From Eledone cirrhosa (lineage: Eukaryota): 64,000 bases of DNA. The notes beneath the pieces were generated by a model, which was not told the origin of the DNA, made no database searches, and saw only the letters and a list, made by a program, of their open reading frames with translations. The DNA is taken from the NCBI GenBank assembly GCA_964016885.1, contig OZ024760.1, forward strand, positions 34,782,001-34,846,000, in the 5' to 3' direction. How positions within the stretch are numbered: position 1 is the first letter of the stretch; each line of letters opens with the position of its first letter. Both the position numbers and the translations under genes were made by a program. Below, piece after piece: positions 40,233-52,764 of the stretch.

Positions 40233-43200
40233 GCTATAGCTACACTGCTTTGTCCTGGTTGATATTAAAAGGGTTATATCTACACTGTTTTGTCTGGGTT
40301 ATATTAAAAAGGTTATATCCACACTGTTTTGTATGGGTTATATTAAAAGGGTTATATCTACACTGTTTTGTCTAGGTTATATTGAAAGGGTTATATCTAC
40401 ACTGTTTTGTCTGGTTGATAGTAAAAGGGTCATACCTACACTGTTTTGTCTCGGTTATATCAAAAGGGTTATATCTATACTGTTTTGTCTGGTTGGTATT
40501 AAAAAGGTTATATCTACACTGTTTTGTCTGGGTTATATTTAAAGGGTTATATCTACACTGTTTTGTCATGGTTGATATTAAAACGGTTATATCTACACTG
40601 TTTTGTCTGGGTTATATTAAAAGGGTTATATCTACACTGTTTTGTCTGGTATATATTAAAAGGGTTATATCTACACTGTTTTTATCTGGGTTATATTAAA
40701 AGGGTTATATCTACACTGTTTTCTCCTGGTTGGTATTCAAAGGGTTATATCTACACTGTTTATTCTGGGTTATATCTACACTGTTTTGTCTGGGTTATAT
40801 TAAAAGGGTTATATCTACACTGGTTTGTCCTGGTTGATGTTAAAACGGTTATATCTACACTGTTTTGTCTGGGTTATATTAAAAAGGTTATATCTACACT
40901 GTGTTGTCTGGGTTATATTAAAAGGGTTATATCTACACTGTTTTGTCTGGGTCATATTAAAAGTGTTATATCTACACTCTTTTGTCTGGTTGATATTAAA
41001 AGGGTTATATCTACACTGTTTTGTCTGGGTTATATTAAAAGGGTTATATCAACACTGTTTTGTCTGGGTTGTATTAAAAGGGTTATATCTATACGGTTTT
41101 GTCCTGGTTGATATTAAAAGGGTTATATCAACACTGTTTTTGTCTGGGTTATATTAAGAGGGTTATATCTATACTGTTTTGTCTGGTTGGTATTAAAAGG
41201 GTTATATCTACACTGTTTGGTCTGGGTTATATAAAAAGGGTTATATCTACACTGTTTTGTCCTGCTTGATATTAAAAGGGTTATATCTACACTGTTTTGT
41301 CTATGTTATATTAAAAGCGTTACATCTACACTGTTTTGTCTGGTTTGTATTAAAAGTGTTATATCTACACTGTTTTTGTCTGGGTTATATTAAAAGGGTT
41401 ATATCTACACTGTTTTGTTTGGGTTATATTAAAAGGGTTATATCTACACTGGTTTGTCCTGGTTGATATTAAAAGGGTTATATCTACACTGTTTTGTCTG
41501 GGTTATATTAAAAGGGTTATATCTATACTGTTTTGTCCTGGTTGATATTCAAAGGGTTATATCTACACTGTTTTGTCAGGGTTATATCTACACTGTTTTG
41601 TCTGGGTTATATTAAAAGGGTTATATCTACACTGGTTTGTCCTGGTTGATATTAAAAGGGTTATATCTACGCTGTTTTGTCTGGGTTATATTAAAAGGCT
41701 TTTATCTACACTGTGTTGTCTGGGTTATATTAAAAGGGTTATATCTACACTGTTTTATCTGCGTTATATTAAAAGGGTTATATCTACACTGTTTTGCCTG
41801 GGTCATATTAAAAGTGTTATATCTACACTGTTTTGTCTAGTTGATATTAAAAGGGTTATATCTACACTGTTTTGTCCTGGTTGATATTAAAAAAGTTATA
41901 TCTACACTGTTTTGTCTGGGTTATATTAAAAGAGTTATATCTATACGGTTTTGTCCTGGTTGATATTAAAAGGGTTATATCTACACTGTTTTTGTCTCGG
42001 TTATATTAAAAGGGCTATAGCTACACTGTTTTGTCCTGGTTGATATTAAAAGGGTTATATCTACACTGTTTTGTCTGGTTGATATTAAAAGGGTTATATC
42101 TACACTGTTTTGTCTGGGTTATATTAAAAGGGTTATATCAACACTGTTTTGTCTGGGTTATATTAAAAGGGTTATATATATACGGTTTTGTCCTGGTTGA
42201 TATTAAAAGGGTTATATCTACACTGTTTTTGTCTGGGTTATATTAAAAGGGTTATATCTACACTGTTTTGTATTGGTTATATTAAGAGGGTTATATCTAT
42301 ACTGTTTTGTCTGGTTGGTATTAAAAGGGTTATATCTACACTGTTTGGTCTGGGTTATATAAAAAGGGTTATATCTACACTGTTTTGTCCTGCTTGATAT
42401 TAAAAGGGTTATATCTACACTGTTTTGTCTGTTATATTAAAAGCGTTACATCTACACTGTTTTGTCTGGTTTGTATTAAAAGGGTTATATCTACACTGTT
42501 TTTGTCTGGGTTATATTAAAAGGGTTGTTTTGTCCTGGTTGATATTCAAAGGCTTATATCTACACTGTTTTCTCAGGGTTATATCTACACTGTTTTTGTC
42601 TGGGTTATATTAAAAGGGTTATATCTACACTGTTTTGTCTGGGTTATATCAAAAGGGTTATATCTATGCTGTTTTGTCTGGTTGGTATTAAAAGGGTTAT
42701 ATCTACACTGTTTGGTCTGGGTTATATTAAAAGGGTTACAGCTACACTGTTTTGTCCTGGTTGATATTAAAAGGGTTATATCTACACTTTTTTGTCTGGG
42801 TTATATTAAAAGGGTTATATCTATACGGTTTTGTCCTGGTTGATATTAAAAGGGTTATATCTACACTGTTTTTGTCTGGGTTATATTAAAAGGGTTATAT
42901 CTACACTGTTTTGTCTGGTTGATATTAAAAGAGTTATATCTATACTGTTTTGTCTGGGTTATATTAAAAGGGTTATATCTACAGTTTTGTCTAGGTTATA
43001 TTAAAAGGGTTATATCTACACTGCTTTGTCTGGTTGGATATTAAAAAGGTTATATCTACACTGTTTTTGTCTGGGTTATATTAAAAGGGTTATATCTACA
43101 CTGTTTTGTGTGGGTTATATTAAGAGGGTTATATCTACACTGTTTTGTCTGGGTTATATTAAAAGGGTTATATCTACACTGTTTTGTCTGGTTGATATTT

Positions 43201-44454
43201 AAAGGGTTATACCTATACTGTTTGGTCTGGGTTATATTAAAAGGGTTACATCTACACTGTTTTGTCCTGGTTGATATTAAAAGGGTTATATCTACACTGT
43301 TTTGTCTGGGTTATATTAAAAGGGTTATATCTACACTGGTTTGTCCTGGTTGATATTAAAACGGTTATATCTACACTGTTTTGTCTGGGTTATATCAAAA
43401 GGGTTGTATCTATACTGTTTTGTCCTGGTTGATATTAAAAGGGTTATATTTACACTGTTTTTGTCTGGGTTATATTAAAAGGGTTATATCTACACTGTTT
43501 TGTGTGGGTTATATTAAAAGGGTTATATCTACATTGTTTTGTCTGGGTTATATTAAAAGGGTTATATCTACAGTTTTGTCTAGGTTATATTAAAAGGGTT
43601 ATATCTACACTGCTTTGTCTGTTTGGATATTAAAAGGGTTATATCTACACTGTTTTGTCCTGGTTGATATTAAATGAGTTATATTTACACTGTTTTTGTC
43701 TGGGTTATATTAAAAGGGTTATATCTACACTGTTTTGTATGGGTTATGTTAAGAGGGTTATATCTACACTGTTTTGTCTGGGTTATATTGAAAGGGTTAT
43801 ATCTACACTGTTTTGTCTGGTTGATATTAAAAGGGTTATACCTACACTGTTTTGTCTGGGTTATATCAAAAGGGTTATATCTATACTGTTTTGTCTGGTT
43901 GGTATTAAAAGGGTTATATATACACTCTTTGGTCTGGGTTATGTTAAAAGGGTTATATCTACACTGTTTTGTCCTGCTTGATATTAAAAGAGTTATATCT
44001 ACTCTGTTTTGTCTATGTTATATTAAAAGGGTTATATCTACACTGTTTTGTCTGGTTGGTATTAAAAGGGTTATATCTACACTGTTTTTGTCTGGGTTAT
44101 ATTAAAACGGTTATATCTACACTGTTTTGTCCTGGTTGATATTCAAAGGGTTATATCTACACTGTTTTGTCAGGGTTATATCTACACTGTTTTGTCTGGG
44201 TTATATTAAAAGGGTTATATCTACACTGGTTTGTCCTGGTTGATATTAAAAGGGTTATATCTACACTGTTTTGTCTGGGTTATATTAAAAGGGTTATATC
44301 TATACTGTTTTGTCCTGGTTGATATTAAAAGGATTATATCTACACTGTTTTTGTCTGGGTTATATTAAAAGGGTTATATCTACACTGTTTTGTGTGGGTT
44401 ATATTAAAAGGGTTATATCTACATTGTTTTGTCTGGGTTATATTAAAAGGGTTA

Positions 44455-44639
44455 ATATAGCGGTGCATTAGCAGTATCAGTAGAGTCGGACACCATGCTT
44501 TGAATCATAGTTACGTCCCTTTATGAAGTGAGTTCAAATTCCGCCCCGGTTAACTTGCCTTTCATCCTTACGGGGTCGATAAAATAAAGTACCAGTAATG
44601 TACTGGCTAATTGCTGGCCTTGTGCCAAAAGTAGAAACA
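44455..44639 (+). mobile_element. SINE-like element subtype A' (185 bp), copy 13
   Basis: TGAATCATAGTTACG (substitution plus 2-bp deletion) and AACTTGCC (1-bp deletion). Confidence 0.85.
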
Positions 44640-45731
44640 GTTATATTAAAAGGGTTATATCTACACTGTTTTGTCTGGATTATCTTAAAAGTGTTATATC
44701 TACACTGTTTTGTCTGGGTTATATCTACACTGTTTTGTATGGGTTATAATAAAAGGGTTATATCTACAATGTTTTGTCTGGGTTATATTAAAAGGGTTAT
44801 ATCTACACTATTTTGTCTGGTTGATATTAAAAGGGTTATATCTACACTGTTTTGTCTGGTTGATATTAAAAGGGTTATATCTATACTGTTTTGTCCTGGT
44901 TGATATTAAAAGGGTTATATCTACACTGTTTTTGTCTGGGTTATATTAAAAGGGTTATATTTACACTGTTTTTGTCTGGTTGATATTAAAAGAGTTATAT
45001 CTACACTGTTTTGTCTGGGTTATATTAAAACGGTTATATCTACACTGTTTTGTCTGGGCTATATTAAAAGGGTTATATCTACACTGTTTTGTCTGGGTTA
45101 TATTAAAAGGGTTATATCTACACTGTTTTGTCTGGGTTATATTAAAAGGGTTATATCTACACTGTTTTGTCTGGTTAATATTAAAAGGGTTATATCTACA
45201 CTGTTTTGTCTGGGTTATATTAAAAGGGTTATATCTATACTGTTTTGTCCTGGTTGATATTAAAAGGGTTATATCTACACTGTTTTTGTCTGGGTTATAT
45301 TAAAAGGGTTATATTTACACTGTTTTTGTCTGGTTGATATTAAAAGAGTTATATCTACACTGTTTTGTCTGGGTTATATTAAAACGGTTATATCTACACT
45401 GTTTTGTCCTGGTTGATATTCAAAGGGTTATATCTACACTGTTTTGTCAGGGTTATATCTACACTGTTTTGTCTGGGTTATATTAAAAGGGTTATATCTA
45501 CACTGGTTTGTCCTGGTTGATATTAAAAGGGTTATATCTACACTGTTTTGTCTGGGTTATATTAAAAGGGTTATATCTATACTGTTTTGTCCTGGTTGAT
45601 ATTAAAAGGATTATATCTACACTGTTTTTGTCTGGGTTATATTAAAAGGGTTATATCTACACTGTTTTGTGTGGGTTATATTAAAAGGGTTATATCTACA
45701 TTGTTTTGTCTGGGTTATATTAAAAGGGTTA

Positions 45732-45916
45732 ATATAGCGGTGCATTAGCAGTATCAGTAGAGTCGGACACCATGCTTTGAATCATAGTTACGTCCCTTTA
45801 TGAAGTGAGTTCAAATTCCGCCCCGGTTAACTTGCCTTTCATCCTTACGGGGTCGATAAAATAAAGTACCAGTAATGTACTGGCTAATTGCTGGCCTTGT
45901 GCCAAAAGTAGAAACA
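45732..45916 (+). mobile_element. SINE-like element subtype A' (185 bp), copy 14
   Basis: Same as copy 13, 1277 bp downstream. Confidence 0.85.
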
Positions 45917-46904
45917 GTTATATTAAAAGGGTTATATCTACACTGTTTTGTCTGGATTATCTTAAAAGTGTTATATCTACACTGTTTTGTCTGGGTTATA
46001 TCTACACTGTTTTGTATGGGTTATAATAAAAGGGTTATATCTACAATGTTTTGTCTGGGTTATATTAAAAGGGTTATATCTACACTATTTTGTCTGGTTG
46101 ATATTAAAAGGGTTATATCTACACTGTTTTGTCTGGTTGATATTAAAAGGGTTATATCTATACTGTTTTGTCCTGGTTGATATTAAAAGGGTTATATCTA
46201 CACTGTTTTTGTCTGGGTTATATTAAAAGGGTTATATTTACACTGTTTTTGTCTGGTTGATATTAAAAGAGTTATATCTACACTGTTTTGTCTGGGTTAT
46301 ATTAAAACGGTTATATCTACACTGTTTTGTCTGGGCTATATTAAAAGGGTTATATCTACACTGTTTTGTCTGGGTTATATTAAAAGGGTTATATCTACAC
46401 TGTTTTGTCTGGGTTATATTAAAAGGGTTATATCTACACTGTTTTGTCTGGTTAATATTAAAAGGGTTATATCTACACTGTTTTGTCTGGGTTATATTAA
46501 AAGGGTTATATCTATACTGTTTTGTCCTGGTTGATATTAAAAGGGTTATATCTACACTGTTTTTGTCTGGGTTATATTAAAAGGGTTATATTTACACTGT
46601 TTTTGTCTGGTTGATATTAAAAGAGTTATATCTACACTGTTTTGTCTGGGTTATATTAAAACGGTTATATCTACACTGTTTTGTCTGGGCTATATTAAAA
46701 GGGTTATATCTACACTGTTTTGTCTGGGTTATATTAAAAGGGTTATATCTACACTGTTTTGTCCTGGTTGATATTAAAAGGGTTATATCTACACTGTTTT
46801 GTCTGGGTTATATTAAAAGGGTTATATCTACACTGTTTTGTCCTGGTTGATATTAAAAGGGTTATATCTACACTGTTTTTGTCTGGGTTATATGAAAAGA
46901 GTTA

Positions 46905-47094
46905 ATACAACGGTGGATTGGCAGTATCGGTAGAGAGTCGGACACCATGCTTTGAAGCATAGAGTTACGTCCCTTTATGATCTGAGTTCAAATTCCGCCG
47001 AGGTTAACTTTGCCTTTCATCCTTACGGGGTCGATTAAATAAAGTACCAGTAATGTACTGGGTATTTTCTGGCCTTGTGCCAAAAGTAGAAACA
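46905..47094 (+). mobile_element. SINE-like element subtype B (190 bp), copy 15
   Basis: Better A box TGGCAGTATCGG (46919-46930) and B box (46984-46996); CCGAGG variant; about 13 substitutions and a 2-bp indel versus subtype A; same insertion phase. Confidence 0.85.
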
Positions 47095-48379
47095 GTTACA
47101 TTAAAAGGGTTATATCTACACTGTTTTGTCTGGGTTATATTAAAAGTGTTATATCTACACTGTTTTGTCTGGGTTATATTAAAAGGGTTATATCTATACT
47201 GTTTTGCCCTGGTTGATATTAAAAGGGTTATATCTACACTGTTTTTGTCTGGGTTATATTAAAAGGGTTATATTTACACTGTTTTGTCTGGTTGATATTA
47301 AAAGAGTTATATCTACACCGTTTTGTCTGGTTGATATCTACACCGTTTTGTCTGGGTTATATTAAAAGGGTTATATCTACAGTTTTGTCTGGGTTATATT
47401 AAAAGGGTTATATCTACACTGTTTTGTCCTGGTTGATATTAAAAGGGTTATATCTACACTGTTTTGTCCTGGTCGATATTAAAAGGGTTATATCTACACT
47501 GCTGTTGTCTGGGTTATATTAAAAGTGTTATATCTACACTGTTTTGTCTGGGTTATATTAAAAGGGTTATATCTACACTATTTTGTCCTGGTTGATATTA
47601 AAAGGGTTATATATATACTGTTTTTGTCTGGGTTATATTAAAAGGGTTATATCTACACTGTTTTGTCTGGGTTATATTAAAAGGGTTATATTTACACTGT
47701 TTTGTCTGGGTTATATTAATAGGGTTATATCTACACTGTTTTGTCTGGGTTATATCTACACTGTTTTGTCTGGTTGATATTAAAAGGGTTATACCTACGC
47801 TGTTTTGTCTGGGTTATATTAAAAGGGTTATATCTACAGTTTTGTCTGGGTTATATTAAAAGGGTTATATTTACACTGTTTTGTCTGGTTGATATTAAAA
47901 GGATTATATTTACACTGTTTTGTCCTGGTTGATATTAAAAGGGTTATATGTACACTCTGTTGTTTGGTTTATATTAAAAGGGTTATATCTACACTGTTTT
48001 GTCTGGGTTATTTTAAAAGGGTTATATCTACACTGTTTTGTCTCGTTGATATTAAAAGGGTTATATCTACACTGTTTTGTCTGGGTTATATTAAAAGGGT
48101 TATATCTACACTGGTTTGTCCTGGCTGATATTAAAACGGTTATATCTACACTGTTTTGTCTGGGTTTTATTAAAAGGGTTATATCTATACTGTTTTGTCC
48201 TGGTTGATATTAAAAGGGTTATATCTACACTGTTTTTGTGTGGGTTATATTGAAAGGGTTATATATACATTGTTTTGTCTGGGCTATATTAAATGGGTTA
48301 TATCTACACTGTTTTGTCTGGGTTATATTAAAAGGGTTATATCTACACTGTTTTTGTCTGGGTTATATTAAAAGGGTTA

Positions 48380-48565
48380 ATATAGCGGTGCATTAGCAGT
48401 ATCAGTAGAGTCGGACACCATGCTTTGAATCATAGTTACGTCCCTTTATGAAGTGAGTTCAAATTCCGCCCCGGTTAACTTTGCCTTTCATCCTTACGGG
48501 GTCGATAAAATAAAGTACCAGTAATGTACTGGCTAATTGCTGGCCTTGTGCCAAAAGTAGAAACA
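48380..48565 (+). mobile_element. SINE-like element subtype A' (186 bp), copy 16
   Basis: TGAATCATAGTTACG variant; retains AACTTTGCC. Confidence 0.85.
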
Positions 48566-51500
48566 GTTATATTAAAACGGTTATATCTACACTGTTTTGT
48601 CTGGATTATATTAAAAGTGTTATATCTACACTGTTTTGTCTGGGTTATATTTACACTGTTTTGTATGGGTTATAATAAAAGGGTTATATCTACAATGTTT
48701 TGTCTGGGTTATATTAAAAGGGTTATATCTACACTATTTTGTCTGGTTGATATTAAAAGGGTTATATCTACACTGTTTTATCTGGATTATATTAAAAGGG
48801 TTATATCTACACTGTTTTGTCTGGGTTATATTAAAAGGGTTATATTTACACTGTTTTGTCTGGGTTATAATAAAAGGCTTATATCTACAATGTTTTGTCT
48901 GGGTTATATTAAAAGGGTTATATCTACACTATTTTGTCTGGTTGATATTAAAAGGGTTATATCTACACTGTTTTGTCTGGTTGATATTAAAAGGGTTATA
49001 TCTATACTGTTTTGTCCTGGTTGATATTAAAAGGGTTATATCTACACTGTTTTTGTCTGGGTTATATTAAAAGGGTTATATTTACACTGTTTTTGTCTGG
49101 TTGATATTAAAAGGGTTATATCTACACTGTTTTGTCTGGGTTATATTAAAAGGGTTATATCTACACTGGTTTATCCTGGCTGATATTAAAACGGTTATAT
49201 CTACACTGTTTTGTCTGCGTTATATTAAAAGGGTTATATCTACACTGTTTTGTCTGGGTTATATTAAAAGGGTTATATATATACGGTTTTGTCCTGGTTG
49301 ATATTAAAAGGGTTATATCTACACTGTTTTGTCCTGGTTGATATTAAAAGGGTTATATCTACACTGTTTTTGTCTGGGTTATATTAAAAGGGTTATATCT
49401 ACACTGTTTTGTATGGGTTATATTAAAAGGGTTATATCTACACTGTTTTGTCTGGGATATATTAAAAGGGTTATATCTACACTGTTTTGTCTGGTTGATA
49501 TTAAAAGGGTTATATCTACACTGTTTTTGTCTGGGTTATATTGAAAGGGTTATATCTACACTGTTTTGGCTGGTTGATATTAAAAGGGTTATACCTACAC
49601 TGTTTTGTCTGGGTTATATCAAAAGGGTTATATCTACACTGTTTTGTCTGGTTGATATTAAAAGGGTTATATCTACACTGTTTTTGTCTGGGTTATATTA
49701 AAAGGGTTATATCTACACTGTTTTGTCAGGGTTATATCTACACTGTTTTGTCTGGGTTATATTAAAAGGGTTATATCTACACTGGTTTGTCCTGGTTGAT
49801 ATTAAAAGGGTTATATCTACACTGTTTTGTCTGGGTTATATTAAAAGGGTTATATCAACACTGATTCGTCTGGGTTATATTAAAAGGGTTATATCTATAC
49901 GGTTTGGTCCTGGTTGATATTAAAAGGGTTATATCTACACTGTTTTTGTCTGGGTTATATTAAAAGGGTTATATCTACACTGTTTTGTCTGGTTGATATT
50001 AAAAGGGTTATATCTACACTGTTTTGTCTGGGTTATATTAAAAGGGTTATATCAACACTGATTCGTCTGGGTTATATTAAAAGGGGTATATCTACACTGC
50101 TTTGTCTGGGTTATATTAAAAGGGTTATATCTACACTGTTTGGTCTGGTTGATATTAAAAGAGTTATATCTATACTGTTTTGTCTGGGTTATATTAAAAG
50201 GGTTATATCTACAGTTTTGTCTAGGTTATATTAAAAGGGTTATATCTACACTGCTTTGTCTGGTTGGATATTAAAAGGGTTATATCTACACTGTTTTGTC
50301 CTGGTTGATATTAAAAGGCTTATATCTACACTGTTTTTGTCTGGGTTATATTAAAAGGGTTATATCCACACTGTTTTGTCTGGGATATATTAAAAGGGTT
50401 ATATCTACACTCTTTTGTCTGGGTTATATTGAAAGGGTTATATCTACACTGTTTTGTCTGGTTGATATTAAAAGGGTTATACCTACACTGTTTTGTCTGG
50501 GTTATATCAAAAGGGTTATATCTATACTGTTTTGTCTGGTTGGTATTAAAAAGGTTATATCTACACTGTTTGGTCTGGGTTATATTTAAAGGGTTATATC
50601 TACACTGTTTTGTCATGGTTGATATTAAAAGGGTTATATCTACACTGTTTTGTCTGGGTTATATTAAAAGGGTTATATTTACACTGTTTTGTCTGGTTGA
50701 TATTAAAAGGGTTATATCTACACTGTTTTTGTCTGGGTTATATTAAAAGGGTTATATCTACACTGTTTTGTCCTGGTTGGTATTCAAAGGGTTATATCTA
50801 CACTGTTTATTCTGGGTTATATCTACACTGTTTTGTCTGGGTTATATGAAAAGGGTTATATCTACACTGGTTTGTCCTGGTTGATATTAAAATGGTTATA
50901 TCTACACTGTTTTGTCTAGGTTATATTAAAAGGGTTATATCTACACTATTTTGTGTGGTTTATATTAAGAGGGTTATATCTACATTGTTTTGTCTGGGTT
51001 ATATTAAAAGGGTTATATCTACACTGTTTTGTCTGGGTTATATTAAAAGGGTTATACCTACACTGTTTTGTCTGGGTTATATCAAAAGGGTAATATCTTT
51101 ACTGTTTTGTCTGGTTGGTATTAAAAGGGTTATATCTACACTGTTTTGTCCTGGTTGATATTAAAAGGGTTATATCTACACTGTTTTGTCTGGGTTATAT
51201 CAAAAGGGTTATATATTTACTGTTTTGTCTGGTTGGTATTAAAAGGATTATATCTACGCTGTTTTGTCTGGGTTATATTAAAAGGGTTATATCTACACTG
51301 TGTTGTCTGGGTTATATTAAAAGGGTTATATCTACACTGTTTTATCTGCGTTATATTAAAAGGGTTATATCTACACTGTTTTGTCTGGGTCATATTAAAA
51401 GTGTTATATCTACACTGTTTTGTCTAGTTGATATTAAAAGGGTTATATCTACACTGTTTTTGTCTGGGTTATATTAAAAGGGCTATAGCTACACTGCTTT

Positions 51501-52764
51501 GTCCTGGTTGATATTAAAAGGGTTATATCTACACTGTTTTGTCTGGGTTATATTAAAAAGGTTATATCCACACTGTTTTGTATGGGTTATATTAAAAGGG
51601 TTATATCTACACTGTTTTGTCTAGGTTATATTGAAAGGGTTATATCTACACTGTTTTGTCTGGTTGATAGTAAAAGGGTCATACCTACACTGTTTTGTCT
51701 CGGTTATATCAAAAGGGTTATATCTATACTGTTTTGTCTGGTTGGTATTAAAAAGGTTATATCTACACTGTTTTGTCTGGGTTATATTTAAAGGGTTATA
51801 TCTACACTGTTTTGTCATGGTTGATATTAAAACGGTTATATCTACACTGTTTTGTCTGGGTTATATTAAAAGGGTTATATCTACACTGTTTTGTCTGGTA
51901 TATATTAAAAGGGTTATATCTACACTGTTTTTATCTGGGTTATATTAAAAGGGTTATATCTACACTGTTTTCTCCTGGTTGGTATTCAAAGGGTTATATC
52001 TACACTGTTTATTCTGGGTTATATCTACACTGTTTTGTCTGGGTTATATTAAAAGGGTTATATCTACACTGGTTTGTCCTGGTTGATGTTAAAACGGTTA
52101 TATCTACACTGTTTTGTCTGGGTTATATTAAAAAGGTTATATCTACACTGTGTTGTCTGGGTTATATTAAAAGGGTTATATCTACACTGTTTTGTCTGGG
52201 TCATATTAAAAGTGTTATATCTACACTCTTTTGTCTGGTTGATATTAAAAGGGTTATATCTACACTGTTTTGTCTGGGTTATATTAAAAGGGTTATATCA
52301 ACACTGTTTTGTCTGGGTTGTATTAAAAGGGTTATATCTATACGGTTTTGTCCTGGTTGATATTAAAAGGGTTATATCAACACTGTTTTTGTCTGGGTTA
52401 TATTAAGAGGGTTATATCTATACTGTTTTGTCTGGTTGGTATTAAAAGGGTTATATCTACACTGTTTGGTCTGGGTTATATAAAAAGGGTTATATCTACA
52501 CTGTTTTGTCCTGCTTGATATTAAAAGGGTTATATCTACACTGTTTTGTCTATGTTATATTAAAAGCGTTACATCTACACTGTTTTGTCTGGTTTGTATT
52601 AAAAGTGTTATATCTACACTGTTTTTGTCTGGGTTATATTAAAAGGGTTATATCTACACTGTTTTGTTTGGGTTATATTAAAAGGGTTATATCTACACTG
52701 GTTTGTCCTGGTTGATATTAAAAGGGTTATATCTACACTGTTTTGTCTGGGTTATATTAAAAGG

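Larger units (their letters stand above)
44110..46663 (+). repeat. Tandem duplication, period 1277 bp, includes a SINE
   Basis: 44598/45875, 44710/45987, 44980/46257; boundaries approximate. Confidence 0.88.
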
